NCBI GenBank assembly: GCA_963789955.1
Contig: CAWBMV010000034.1
Location: 1,152,001 to 1,216,000, forward strand
Direction of reading: 5' to 3'
DNA from: an uncultured Candidatus Rokubacteria bacterium
GTDB taxonomy: Bacteria; Methylomirabilota; Methylomirabilia; Rokubacteriales; CSP1-6
Length of the DNA: 64,000 nucleotides
The translations under genes and the position numbers were made by a program. The notes beneath the pieces are model-generated. The model had not been told where the DNA came from. It saw nothing but the letters and a program-made list of their open reading frames with translations, and ran no database searches. Every line of letters starts with the position of its first letter. Positions within the stretch are counted from its first letter, which is position 1. Below, in pieces: positions 23,676-34,248 of the stretch.

Positions 23676-24152
23676 ATGAGCAAAGGCGGCAAGGTGAAAC
23701 CGGTTCCCACGGGATATCACAACGTCACTCCGTACCTGATCATCAACGGCGCGGCGCGCGCGCTGGACTATTACAAACAGGTCTTCGGCGCGACCGAGCG
23801 TATGCGGATGCCCGGCCCCGACGGCAAGATCGGACACGCCGAGATCACCATCGGCGATTCGATGATCATGCTGGCCGACGAGCACATCGAGATGGGGGCG
23901 CGCGCGCCGGGAGCGTTCGGCGGCGCGGCCGTGAGCATCATGCTCTATGTCAAGGACGTGGACGCGACGGTGAAGAGCGCCGTGGCCGAGGGCGCCAAGC
24001 TCCTCCAGCCCGTCGAGGACAAGTTCTACGGCGACCGGATGGGCACGATCGAAGATCCGTTCGGGCATCACTGGCACATCGGGACCCACAAGGAGGATGT
24101 GCCGGCGGATGAGATGAAGCGCCGCGCGGCCGCGATGGCGAAGAGCGGCTGA
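23676..24152 (+). CDS. VOC/glyoxalase (PhnB-like) protein
   Basis: VTPYLII, HAEITIGDS.IMLADE, FYGDRMG.IEDPFGHHW; RBS AGGAGG. Confidence 0.9.
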   Translation: MSKGGKVKPVPTGYHNVTPYLIINGAARALDYYKQVFGATERMRMPGPDGKIGHAEITIGDSMIMLADEHIEMGARAPGAFGGAAVSIMLYVKDVDATVKSAVAEGAKLLQPVEDKFYGDRMGTIEDPFGHHWHIGTHKEDVPADEMKRRAAAMAKSG

Positions 24153-24179
24153 TCGGCGGATCCGCGATCGATCGCTGAG

Positions 24180-24215
24180 GGAGCCCACGCGCCGGTCTCG
24201 CGGCGCGTGGGCTCC
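24180..24215. terminator. GC-rich hairpin between convergent genes
   Basis: 15-bp perfect stem GGAGCCCACGCGCCG-gtctcg-CGGCGCGTGGGCTCC; no U-tract. Confidence 0.55.
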
Positions 24216-24307
24216 AGGCGGCCCGCGAGGGGAGTCGGGCGTCATGGGCACGCGTTGACCGAGCCACCTCCAGACAAGCCCCGGCATCTCGATGCTGAGT
24301 ACGCGGC

Positions 24308-24484
24308 TCAGATGTGAAGCAGCGCGTCGATCATCGAGTTCTCGAAATGCGGCGCCGCGACCAGGTCACGAAGGCGTCGGGCCGGCGCGACCGCCGCGGT
24401 CAGGCCTTTTTGCATGTCGACCACCGTGCCGTACTGGTCGAACATGCACACCTTGATCGTCTGCTTCAGCGCTTCGGCGGTCAT
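24308..24484 (-). pseudogene. Remnant of a haloacid dehalogenase type II (HAD) gene
   Basis: MTAEALKQTIKVCMFDQYGTVVDMQKGL...HFENSMIDALL then stop at 58 aa; HAD motif I (FDxYGT) only. Confidence 0.65.
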
Positions 24485-24509
24485 GCTCGTTCACCGGCCC
24501 CCGGTGCCG

Positions 24510-25607
24510 CTACGAGTAGACGATCACGCTCCGCTTGACCTCGCCCTGCAGCATCAGGTCGAAGGCGCGGTTCAGCTCCCCGAGCGGGAGGCGCCGGCTG
24601 ATGAGCTCGTCGAGCCGGTACTTGCCGCTCATGTAGAGATCGATCAGCATCGGGACGTCGGTGCGCTGGTGGCCGCCGCCGAACGAGCTCCCGGTGAGCA
24701 CGCGCTGCTGCAGCAGCAGCGACGGATCGATCGAGAGCCGCGTGCCCGCCGGCGACACGCCGACGACCACGCAGGTGCCGCCGCGATGGGTCGAGAGCAG
24801 CGCCTGCTCCATCGTGCGCTGCGTGCCCACCACCTCGAACGCGAAGTCGACGCCGCTCCGCCCGGAGAGCGCCTGCACGCGCGCGACCGGGTCCTCCTGC
24901 GAAGCGTCCACGACGTGCGTCGCGCCGAACTCTTCGGCCCAGGCGAGCTTCTGCTTCATGACGTCGACCGCGATGATCGTGCCGGCGCCGACGAGACGGG
25001 CGGCCTGGATCGTGTTGAGGCCGACGCCGCCGCAGCCGAAGACCGCCACGCTCGCCCCCGGCGGCACCTTGGCGCGATTGAACACGGGGCCCGCCCCGGC
25101 CAGCACCCCGCAGCTCACCAGGCACACGACGTCGAGCGGCGCGTCCTTCCGGATGGGGATGACACTCTCCTCCGGGAGCACCGAGTGCGTCGCGTAGCCC
25201 GACACTTGTAGAAAGTGATGAAGGGCCTGCGCGCCCTTCTTGAAGCGCGGCGTGCCGTCGAGCATGAACCAGCGCGGCTTGTCGCGGAGCGCGCACATGG
25301 TCGGCTGGCCGCCGATGCAGTACCAGCACTTGCCGCACGAGGGGATGTAGCTCGAGCAGACGTGATCGCCCGGCGCGACCGTCTCGACTCCCGGGCCGAC
25401 CTTCTCGACCACGCCGGCGGCCTCATGGCCGAGCACGACGGGCAGGGGATGCGGGTAGTCACCGGTGATCACGTGCAGGTCGCTGTGGCAGACGCCGTTG
25501 GCCGCCCACCGCACCTGGACCTCGTGCGGGCCGGGCTCGAGCAGCTCGACGTCCTCGATCACGACCGGCTTCTTCGCGTCGTACAGAACCGCCGCGGTTA
25601 CACGCAT
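24510..25607 (-). CDS. Zn-dependent alcohol dehydrogenase (MDR family)
   Basis: GVCHSD, LGHEAAG, CGKCWYC...C, VFGCGGVG. Confidence 0.92.
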   Translation of the reverse strand: MRVTAAVLYDAKKPVVIEDVELLEPGPHEVQVRWAANGVCHSDLHVITGDYPHPLPVVLGHEAAGVVEKVGPGVETVAPGDHVCSSYIPSCGKCWYCIGGQPTMCALRDKPRWFMLDGTPRFKKGAQALHHFLQVSGYATHSVLPEESVIPIRKDAPLDVVCLVSCGVLAGAGPVFNRAKVPPGASVAVFGCGGVGLNTIQAARLVGAGTIIAVDVMKQKLAWAEEFGATHVVDASQEDPVARVQALSGRSGVDFAFEVVGTQRTMEQALLSTHRGGTCVVVGVSPAGTRLSIDPSLLLQQRVLTGSSFGGGHQRTDVPMLIDLYMSGKYRLDELISRRLPLGELNRAFDLMLQGEVKRSVIVYS

Positions 25608-25751
25608 GGCACCCTTCCTTTGGGGAGAATCTCGTGCGTAGTCTGCGCGAGCGCCGGCACCTTCGCAAGACCCGCCGATCCGACCCGCGTTCAGTTGCCT
25701 TGGCCGACGGGCTCGCGTACTGTGACGACGCGGAGGCGCGCGGACAGCGAG

Positions 25752-26531
25752 ATGACCGGCGAGACGCGAGAGCCGCACGACGCCGCGGACAGCCGCGCGG
25801 TGCCGCATCCCGTTCTCAAGAAGTATTACGAGAACGAGAGCGACCGCCGCCCCTTCGTCAACGCCTTGTTCGACAACGCCGCCGAGCACTACGATTTCGT
25901 CTGCGGCCTCGGCTCGCTCGGCTCCGGACGGTACTACCGCCGCTGGGTCCTGCTGCAATCCGGGCTTCGCGTCGGCATGAACTTCCTCGACGTCGCCACC
26001 GGCACCGGCATGATCGCCCAGGGTGCCTCGCGCATTCTGCGCCGGCCCGGTGCCGTCGTTGGGCTCGATCCGAGCGTCGGCATGCTGCGGGAGGCCCGCA
26101 AGATCGTCGCGGTCCCTCTGGTGCAGGGCACCGTCGAGGAGCTGCCGTTCGCGAACGACCACTTCGACTTTCTCTGCATGGGCTACGCGCTGCGCCATGT
26201 CGCCGACCTCGGCGTCGCGTTTCGGGAATGCCTGCGTGTCTTGAAGCCGGGCGGCCGGGTGCTGATCCTCGAGATCACCTTGCCGCGCTCGCCGCTCGGT
26301 CAGCGATTCTTCCGCGTCTACTTCGAGAGTGTCCTCCCGCGGATCACACGACTGAGCACCGGCAGCGCCAAGGCCGAGCTGCTGATGAAGTACTACTGGG
26401 ACACGATCGCGAACTGCGTGCCGCCGGACACGATCCTCGGCGTGCTGAAGTCGAGCGGCTTTGCCGACATCGAGCACCGCGTGCGCGGAGGCCTCTTGAG
26501 CGAGTACATCGGCATCAAGCCAGGCGGCTGA
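25752..26531 (+). CDS. Class I SAM-dependent methyltransferase (UbiE/MenG-like)
   Basis: LFDNAAEHYD, LDVATGTG, LPFANDHFD, RVLKPGGRVLILE. Confidence 0.88.
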   Translation: MTGETREPHDAADSRAVPHPVLKKYYENESDRRPFVNALFDNAAEHYDFVCGLGSLGSGRYYRRWVLLQSGLRVGMNFLDVATGTGMIAQGASRILRRPGAVVGLDPSVGMLREARKIVAVPLVQGTVEELPFANDHFDFLCMGYALRHVADLGVAFRECLRVLKPGGRVLILEITLPRSPLGQRFFRVYFESVLPRITRLSTGSAKAELLMKYYWDTIANCVPPDTILGVLKSSGFADIEHRVRGGLLSEYIGIKPGG

Positions 26532-26571
26532 AACAGGCCGATCGGCTTCGTCGGGGCCCTCGAACGAGCTG

Positions 26572-27853
26572 TCAGCGGATCGCCATCTCGGTCGGCTCGA
26601 CGCCGCGCAGGCCGTAGCGGCCCATGAAGCGCAGGAGGCCGCGGCTGTACCGCCGCGAGCGTGCCCGTCCCCGAGGCCTGCAGCGCGATGTGGCGCTCGA
26701 TGTGGTTCTGGGCCGCGTTCTTGATGGCGTTGGTCCCGACCGCCATCCAGTCGCGCCCGGCGCGGAAGAGCGCCGCCATCCGCCCGTCGTAGAACGTCGC
26801 GATCAGATCGAGCCAGGCGGTGAGCATCGCCGTTTGCATGGCCGCGTACGGCCGGAGCGCGGCCTCGAGCTCCGCCGGCGAGGGCGCCCGCTCCGCGTTC
26901 GCGAACGGCGCCAGCGCGTCGGCCACGAGCTCGGCCGAGCGCAGGGCCAGCAGGACGCCCGGCGAGAGCATCGGATCGACGAAGCCGAACGCGTCGCCGA
27001 CCATCACCCAGCCCGGACCGACGCCTCGGTGCGAGATCAGCTGGTAGTTGGCGTAGGTCGCGACGGAGGTCACGCGCGTGCTGTCGCGTCCGATCGTCGA
27101 CAGCCACGGGTCGGTGGCGATGGCCCGCTCGAGCCGCTCGGCCGGGCTCGCGCCGAGCCGCGCGGCGTCGTCGCGCCCCAGCACGATACCGATCGAGAGA
27201 CGCTCGCGGAGCGGGATGCACCAGCTCCAGCCCGCGTCGAGGCGCCGGATCAGCACCTGGCCGGGCTCGTCGTCCCAGGCGAAGTCCTCGAAGTGGGCGA
27301 AGTGCGCGACGTCCTTGCGCGGTCCGTAGTGCGCGCCGATGTTCAGCGCGCGAGCCCCGAGCCGGGCCCGCCCCGTGGCGTCCACGACGAGGTCGGGCTG
27401 CCGGCCGCCGAGCGACGGGGCGGCGGCCAGGGTTTCGGGCGCCAGGCCGAGCTCGCGCCCCTCGTCGGTGATCGGCTCCATGCGCGCGTGGGCGACGACG
27501 TGCTCGACGCCCGACGCGACGGCGCGTGCGAGCACCGCGTCGTCGAATCTCGGGCGCGGGATGTTGTAGGCGTAGGGGTACACGCCCGGCGCGAAGCGCG
27601 CAAAGGAGAAGCTGAATCGGTCGTTCGGAGACCAGATGAACGACACGCCCGGCTTCACGCGGCTGAAGCTCGCGGTTTCTTCTTCGAGACCGAGGCGCTG
27701 GAGAATCGGGACGACCGCGGGCACCAGCGACTCGCCGACCAGGAGCTCGGGGCGGCGGCCGTCGTCGAACAGCGTGACCTTCGCCCCCTGACGCGCGAGC
27801 AGGATGGCCAGGGCCGCGCCCGAAGGACCGGCGCCGATGATCGCGACTCTCAT
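26572..27853 (-). CDS. Flavin-dependent halogenase-family protein, indel near the C-terminus
   Basis: GAGPSG, GESL, Lys in RVKPG, WSWCIP (WxWxIP), GDAFGFVDPMLSPG. Confidence 0.8.
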
Positions 27854-29313
27854 CGTCGAATCTTGCCGCTGGGCGTCCGAGGCACTGCAGTCCACGACGG
27901 TGAACTCGAGCGGCACCTTGTACGAGGACAAGGCACGGGCGCAATGCGACCTCAGGGCATCGAGGTCGAAGCCGGCGGGATCCACGGCGATCTCGGCGCA
28001 CGGCACTTCGCCCATACGCGCGTGCGGCCGTCCGAACACGCGAGATTCCTTGATCCCCGGGAACTGGTTGATGCAGTCCTCGACTTCCTCGGGGAAGAAT
28101 TTCAACCCGGCGACGAGGATGAGCGCTTTCTTTCTGCCCTTCAGATGCAGCGCGCCCGATCGGTCCAGGAACCCGAGGTCGCCGGTGAGGAACCAGCCGT
28201 CGCGCTCGACCTGCTCGCGCAGCCGCCACGGCGAATAGTACGCGGAGAACAGCCCGTCACCACGCACGCCGATCTCGCCCAGACGTCTCCGGGGGCAGAG
28301 GGTGTCCGTCGTCCGAGAAGATCGAGACGGCGTAGCCGGGAACGGGGCGGCCCACCGAGGTCTGGGGTAGACCGTCGGTCCCGAGGTTGATGCACGGCAG
28401 GCCGGCTTCGATGATGCCGTAGGCCTGACCGACGGGAACGCCGTAGACCGACTCGAAGCGCTCCATCACGACCGGCGAGATCGGCGCGGCGGTCGAGAGC
28501 GTCACGCGGATGCTCGAGAGCGGCTCGCTCGATTCGAGATTCGCCATGCGCTCGAAGTGGAGCGGCGCCGCGTAGAGCACGCTCGCGCGATGGCGACGGA
28601 CGCGCCTCGACGATCGCCTTCGGGAGCGTGTCCGGGCACAGGAGGATGTGGGCGCCGGCGCGAACGTAGGCGGTGATCGTGACCGCGAAATGATAGGCGA
28701 GGGGCAGCACCCACAGGATGCGGTCCTCCTCGCTGAACTTGAGCACGCGGTCGGACGCGTCCACGCGCGCGGCGGTCGCTTCGTGGGACAGGACGACGCC
28801 CTTGCTGCGCGACGTCGTCCCCGACGTGAATCGGATGAACGCGGCGTTCAGCTTGGAGAACTCCGCCGGGGCCTCGGCCCCGCGATCGATCCACTGGAAC
28901 GTGTAGCCCTCGCACTCGCCGCCCTTCACGACCGCACGGCGCGCCGACGCATCCGCGTGGTCGGACGCGAACGGCAGCGGCGCGGCCTTCGGCCACGACA
29001 AGCAGCCGTTCAGCTGTACCTCGCGCACGATTGCCGCGATCTCGGTCGGCGTCAGGTTGCTGGCGAGCGGCACGAAGCAGGCGCCCGCGGCCAGCAGGCC
29101 GAACGCGGCCGGCAGGTAGGTGAGATCGTTCGGGGCCAGGAGCCCGATGCGCTGTCCAGGTCCGACGCCCTCGGCTTTGAGGACCGCGGCCAGCCGCTCG
29201 GCTTCCCGGGCGAGCTGGCCATAGCTCACGGACCGGCCCGACCGCACGTCGGTGACCGCGCGGCGAGGCGAGTGCCGCTCGGCGGTCGCGAAGAGGATGT
29301 CGGCGAGGTTCAT
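27850..29313 (-). CDS. AMP-dependent acyl-CoA/acyl-ACP ligase (ANL superfamily), indels
   Basis: FTSGTTSRSKG, QAYGIIE, TGDLG, GRKKALI, SSYKVP, TPSGKI. Confidence 0.88.
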
Positions 29314-30533
29314 CGCGCCTCCGCGCAGCGCGCCGCCGCCCGGCCGACGGCCTCGCCGGCCGCCAGGCAGGTGCCGATCACGCGCGCCGAGCCGAGCGCC
29401 TCGTGCGTGGCGCTCATGCAGCGGCCGGCGACGAAGAGGTTCTCGACGTCGCGCGCCTGCAGGCAGCGAAGCGGAATGTCGTAGTGAGCCCGATCGTCGA
29501 GCCACTCGTACGTGGCCCCGAGGCGGCCTTCCTCCCAGAGCTCGATGGGCCAGCTCGCCCGCGCGACGCCGTCGTCGAACTTGCGGCCGCTCAGCACGTC
29601 GTCGCGGGTCAGCTGATAGCGTCCGATCACACGCCGGCTCTCGCGCACGCCCACCTGCGGCGCGGCGTGGGAAATGAACGCGCGCGCGAACGCGGGCAAC
29701 GTCTTCAGAAACTCCGTCACGGCGAAGGCGCGCTTGCGGCCTTCCTGCTCGGCGACGGTCAGGAAGTCGCGGCTCGCGGGAAGCTCCTCGGTGATGCCGC
29801 TCAGGGTGAGCTTGCAGACGATCTCGCCGGGCTGCGGCGACGAGCCGAGCGCCAGGTTTGCGGCTCCCTTCGGCAAGCGGCCTTCTTGCTCGGCGGCGAC
29901 CAGCGCCCGCAGGAGCGCCACGCGCGGCCCCGAGCCGAGCGCTTCGGTGTCGACGTGCTGGAGGACGAAGACCAGCGAGGGCAGCTGGCGCTCGGCCAGC
30001 GGCGTCGTCACCGTCGCCGCGCCGGCGAGGTGCGCGAGGACGGCGTCGCCGCTCGCGTCCACGACGGCGCGCGCCGTCAGCTCGACGACGCGCTCCCAGG
30101 TGGCGACGCGGACCGCCTCGACGCGCGCTGCGCTCGTGTCGATCGCCGTGAGAAACGTGTGGAGATAGACGTCGAGCGACGCGGCCGATGCGGTGAGCTG
30201 ATCGGCCAGGCAGGCGAACGCGAACGGCGTATAGGGCAGGACGTGTGTTCGTCCCCGGCGGACCGGCTCGGCGCATCCGGGCATCGCCGCGAGCCGGCGC
30301 GCCACGTCGTCGGCGAAGCCCGGGTTCAGCGGCTCCGGCGGTCCCGCGGCCGAGGTCAGATAGAGGCCGCAGATCGTGCTCACCATGCCCGCCGTGGCCA
30401 TGCCTCCGAGGAAACCGTAGCGCTCGATGAGCGCCGTCCGGGCGCCCGCGCGCGCGGCGGAGACGGCCGCGGCCAGTCCGGCGGCGCCGCCGCCGACGAC
30501 CACGACGTCGTAGCTCAGCGAGCCGGCCGCCAT
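29310..30533 (-). CDS. FAD-dependent oxidoreductase (PF12831-like)
   Basis: VVVGGGAAG, LGGMATAG, VDASGDA, GVRESRR, YDIPLRCL, NLFVAGRCMS. Confidence 0.88.
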   Translation of the reverse strand: MAAGSLSYDVVVVGGGAAGLAAAVSAARAGARTALIERYGFLGGMATAGMVSTICGLYLTSAAGPPEPLNPGFADDVARRLAAMPGCAEPVRRGRTHVLPYTPFAFACLADQLTASAASLDVYLHTFLTAIDTSAARVEAVRVATWERVVELTARAVVDASGDAVLAHLAGAATVTTPLAERQLPSLVFVLQHVDTEALGSGPRVALLRALVAAEQEGRLPKGAANLALGSSPQPGEIVCKLTLSGITEELPASRDFLTVAEQEGRKRAFAVTEFLKTLPAFARAFISHAAPQVGVRESRRVIGRYQLTRDDVLSGRKFDDGVARASWPIELWEEGRLGATYEWLDDRAHYDIPLRCLQARDVENLFVAGRCMSATHEALGSARVIGTCLAAGEAVGRAAARCAEAR

Positions 30534-31837
30534 CCCATGCCTTCGCGAATCGCCTCGATGATGCGCGCCACCTCCTCGGCTCTCATCGCGCCCTCGACCC
30601 AGGATACGACCAGGTTATTCCTGATCCCGCATCGGTTGAAGAATACGCCGATCCCGGGCCGCGGCAGTACGGATGGCGCATGGTAGGCGTTCGTGACCCG
30701 CCGTCCGAAGAGCTTTTCGAGGCCCGGTGGGAACTCGGCCAGATCGGCGCAGTTGAACGAGAACGTCTCGCGGCTCGCCGTGCCCGGCAGATCGCGCAGC
30801 ATCAGCGAGAGCGGGCGGTATTTCAGAAACTCCATCGCGACCGCGTTGGCGTCGATCTGCCCGTCGCGCAGCGCGTCTGCCATCTGGCGGCGCAAGGTCC
30901 GCGCGAGCTGGTCCACGTCGCTCGTCTCGGAGGGCTTGAAGCGAGCGAAGTGGAAGGCCAGCACGTTGCCGAAGGTCGCCCCCGGCTCGCCCTTGGGTCT
31001 GAGATCGACGGAGACCGGCACGAGAAACGGCAGGTCGGGGAGCCCCCGCCGGCGCCAGAGATCGGCCATGGTCTGGCCGACCAGCGCCAGTCGCCAGCAG
31101 ATCTCACGCGTGGAGCGATCGCCGGAGCCGTGCTCGTCGCCGACGAAGCTGACATGCTGGAAGCGGGCCCGCCCCGGCGACGTCAGCCCGGTACCCGGCG
31201 ACACCGGCGGCTCGGGGACCAGCGCCCGCATGTAGCGCTGGCTCATGCGCCCGAGCCGCCCGCGCTCCTTGAGCGGGCGCGGATCAGGATCCGTCGCGAA
31301 CCCCGGGATCGCCCCGGCCCATGGCATGCGCCCCTCGGACTCGTCCAGGTGCGCCAGATGCGCGAGCAGGTTCTGCGCGCCGTGAGGGTCCATCAGCGGA
31401 TGAAACCAGGTGACGACGAGGGAGCTCTGCGGCCCGGCCACGTCGGACGCGCCGTCGAGAACCGCGAAACGAAGCGGTGGCTCGCGGCGAGGATCGATCG
31501 CGGTGTTGAGCTCCGTCTCGAGCTCGGCGTGCAGCGCCTCGGGCGAGCCGAGGCGGCGATGGCGTACGGGCGGCACGGCCAGCGCGTCACGCTCGCGCGC
31601 CGCCCAGTGGAGCGCTCCCCACGGGAACGGTCGACTCAGGCGCGCCGCCGGCCAGGGGCAGACGTCGAGGAATCGCTCGATCGCCCGCTGGATGCGCTCG
31701 GGATCGAGCGGCCCCTCGCACTGGACGACCATGAGCGTGTTGTTGCTCACGCCCTCGCGCTTCCACAGGGCTTGCATCGCGACCAGCACGAGATCGGCGC
31801 CGCGAAGGGGTAGACGACGGACCCGAGCGGTGCTCAC
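30515..31837 (-). CDS. CoA/ACP-dependent acyltransferase, condensation-domain-like
   Basis: FHPLMDPHG resembling HHxxxDG; VPVSVDLR, FGNV; about 440 aa, consistent with the C-domain/CAT fold. Confidence 0.68.
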   Translation of the reverse strand: MSTARVRRLPLRGADLVLVAMQALWKREGVSNNTLMVVQCEGPLDPERIQRAIERFLDVCPWPAARLSRPFPWGALHWAARERDALAVPPVRHRRLGSPEALHAELETELNTAIDPRREPPLRFAVLDGASDVAGPQSSLVVTWFHPLMDPHGAQNLLAHLAHLDESEGRMPWAGAIPGFATDPDPRPLKERGRLGRMSQRYMRALVPEPPVSPGTGLTSPGRARFQHVSFVGDEHGSGDRSTREICWRLALVGQTMADLWRRRGLPDLPFLVPVSVDLRPKGEPGATFGNVLAFHFARFKPSETSDVDQLARTLRRQMADALRDGQIDANAVAMEFLKYRPLSLMLRDLPGTASRETFSFNCADLAEFPPGLEKLFGRRVTNAYHAPSVLPRPGIGVFFNRCGIRNNLVVSWVEGAMRAEEVARIIEAIREGMGWRPAR

Positions 31838-32103
31838 GCGCTCCGTCGACAGATATAGGCCGCGAAGGCGCGCGCGGTTCTGATGTTGTCGCTGACGAGG
31901 TCCTCGTCGGGCATCCAGAAGCCGTAGTGCGCCTCGATGAAGAGCAGCACTTTGAGCAGCGACATCGAGTCGAGCCCGGCCAGCTCGAGATCGTCGTCGG
32001 GCCGCACCGGACGGCTCCGCGCCATGATCGTGGCGTTGATGAAGTCCGTCACGGCTCTCGCGACCTCTTCGGGATCGAGCCGGGAGAGATTCCCGGTAGA
32101 CAT
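31834..32103 (-). CDS. Acyl/peptidyl carrier protein
   Basis: DDDLELAGLDSMSLLKVLLFIEAHYG with the phosphopantetheine Ser in DSM. Confidence 0.85.
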   Translation of the reverse strand: MSTGNLSRLDPEEVARAVTDFINATIMARSRPVRPDDDLELAGLDSMSLLKVLLFIEAHYGFWMPDEDLVSDNIRTARAFAAYICRRSA

Positions 32104-32113
32104 GCTGGAGTTC

Positions 32114-32142
32114 AATATCCTTATGCGCCTCTTACTTTGCAA
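32114..32142 (-). promoter_or_regulatory. Sigma-70-like promoter for the ACP operon
   Basis: Minus strand TTGCAA-17 nt-GATATT, 10 nt before the ACP ATG. Confidence 0.45.
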
Positions 32143-32198
32143 GTCCTACGAAATGGCGCCGAGACCCGGTTCGTCTAAAGCGCCAGGAGGATACGCAA

Positions 32199-32664
32199 AT
32201 GAGGCTCGGCAACGCAGAATCCTCACGATGTCCATGCTGGGCTTGCTGTCGGGTTTGACCTTGGCCACCACCGCCCAGGCGCAGTGGCGAGACGAGAGAC
32301 ACGGGCCGGTGTTTCGGGACGAGCGCGCCCGCATCGAGCACAGGGCGTTCGTCCGTCACGAAGACTGGCACTTCGACCGTGGCCGTGGCTGGCGATTCGA
32401 GCATCGACCTGGATTCTGGTCCCCGTACTACGTCTGGTGGTGGACCGGCGGCCGGGTCGTGATGCTCGCGGCGCCGACCGTCACCGTCGTCAACTACCCC
32501 ACCGGCCAGTACCAGCTCCGGGGCGACGGGATCACGGTTCCTTACTACTGGGCCTGGGTGCCGGCTCAGACCTACATCGCGGCGCGCCGCCGCCTGCCGT
32601 ACCGGCCGCTCCGGACGTGCCGCCGGCCGGCTCTCCGCCCCCGCCCCCTCCGGCGGCCGGGTAG
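32199..32664 (+). CDS. Hypothetical secreted Trp/Arg-rich protein with Pro-rich tail, indels
   Basis: RBS AGGAGG, signal peptide ending AQA, WHFDRGRGWRFEH..YYVWWW, poly-Pro C-terminus. Confidence 0.55.
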
Positions 32665-32703
32665 GGTCCAAACAACACGAGCCAATTGAGGAGGATTGAG
32701 ATC

Positions 32704-32842
32704 ATGGAACCGAAAGTGCTTCGACGCCTGGCAACGATGTTCCTGCTCGCGTGCGTCGTCACGATCAGCACCGCGGGGTGTCTGCTGGTGCCGGTCCCCG
32801 TGGGTCGGCCACGGCGGATACCATCACCGCGGCCGCTGGTAG
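32704..32842 (+). CDS. Small putative lipoprotein (about 45 aa), one indel
   Basis: RBS GAGGAGGA; lipobox TAGC, then LLVPVPVG..HGGYHHRGRW. Confidence 0.5.
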
Positions 32843-32971
32843 TCGCTCGTAGCGACCGCTCGGCAACACCTTCGCGCGCAGCCTCCTGGTCTTGCCAGGG
32901 GGCTGCGCGTGCGTTCGGAGACCTCCGGCGACTTGACTCGGTTCGCACGTCGGCGCTAAGGAAGAAGTGCC

Positions 32972-34246
32972 GTGAAGCGAGCCCGAGCGCGCGCCGCGAA
33001 ACCGAAGGCCGGTCCGTTCGACGGCTACCGCCGCCGCGACGTTCCCCCGCCTGATCCCGAGCTGACCGAGGTCGGTCCCGGGCACGCCGTGCGGCGAGTA
33101 TCTGCGCCGCTTCTGGCAGCCCGTCGCGTTCGCGCGCGAGCTCACGTCGGCGCCGCTGAGAACCCGACATCCTCGGCGAGGACCTGGTGGTGTTCCGCGA
33201 TCGCGGCGGGCGCGTCGGCGTGCTGCACCTGCACTGCGCGCATCGCGGGACGTCACTCGAGTTCGGGATCCCGCTCGAGCGCGGCATTCGCTGCTGCTAT
33301 CACGGCTGGGTGTACGACGTCGATGGACGGTGCCTGGAGACGCCGGGAGAGCCGGCGGGCAGCCGGCTCCGGGAGCGCATCTGGCAGGGCGCGTATCCGA
33401 CGCACGAGTTCGCGGGCCTCGTGTTCGCATATCTCGGCCCGCCGGACCGGCGCCCCGCATTTCCGGTTTACGACAGCTACGATGTGGCCGGCCATCAGCT
33501 GATGCCCGCCGCGAAGTTCATGCTGCCGTGCAACTGGCTCCAGGTGAAGGACAACAGCATGGACCCGGTGCACACCGCGTTTCTGCACGCGCTCAGCAGC
33601 GGCTACCAGTTCACGCCGGCGTTCGGCGCCGTGCCCGAGCTCGACTGGAAGCTGACCGACGCCGGCATGGTCTACCTGGCGACGCGCCGGGTCGGCGATC
33701 TCGTGTGGGTCCGCGTCTGCGACTACATGCCGCCGAACATTCATCAGTTCACGCGGGAGATCGAGGAAGCCGACGAGCCGAAGCCGGCGAGCCGGCCGGT
33801 GATCATTCGCTGGGCGGTGCCGAACGACGACACGCACACGACGAACTTCGAGCTCGCGCAGGTGGATCCGGCCTGGGGACTCACGCCGGAGCAGGTCGGC
33901 CGGCCCGGGCTTCGGCCAGTCCGACGATCGTCCCTACGACGAGCGCCAGCGCTTTCCCGCCGACTTCGACGCGCAGTCGAGCCAGCGCACGATCGCGGTC
34001 CACGCGCTCGAGAATCTCGCGTCGACCGACCGCGGCGTGATCATGCTCCGGCGCATCGTGCGCGACGGCATCCGCGCGGTGGCCCGCGACCGCGACCCCG
34101 ACGGGACGCGCTGGCCAGAGGGCAAGACCATCCCGACGTTCACGCAGGACATCGTGCTGCGGGTCCCGCCGGCGGCGAGCGCGGAGGCCGATCGGAAGCT
34201 TCTGCGAGCGACCGGGCGGTCGGTGATCGCGAACGGGCGGCGCTGA
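32972..34246 (+). CDS. Rieske non-heme iron oxygenase alpha subunit (phthalate 4,5-dioxygenase/LigX-like), indels
   Basis: CAHRG...CCYHGW, DPVHTAFLH, GEYLRRFWQPV, ENLASTDRGV. Confidence 0.88.
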
Positions 34247-34248
34247 GG

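Noticed and set aside
24510..28229. 1239-aa ORF suggesting a giant multidomain enzyme
   Set aside because: Only the last ~365 aa (from 25607) is a real ADH. The rest is an off-frame or antisense read of the halogenase and methyltransferase in GC-rich DNA.
26393..28267. Apparent ligase-halogenase fusion (624 aa)
   Set aside because: An indel near 27890 joins the frames. The ligase ends TPSGKIRR-stop at 27850, overlapping the halogenase ATG.
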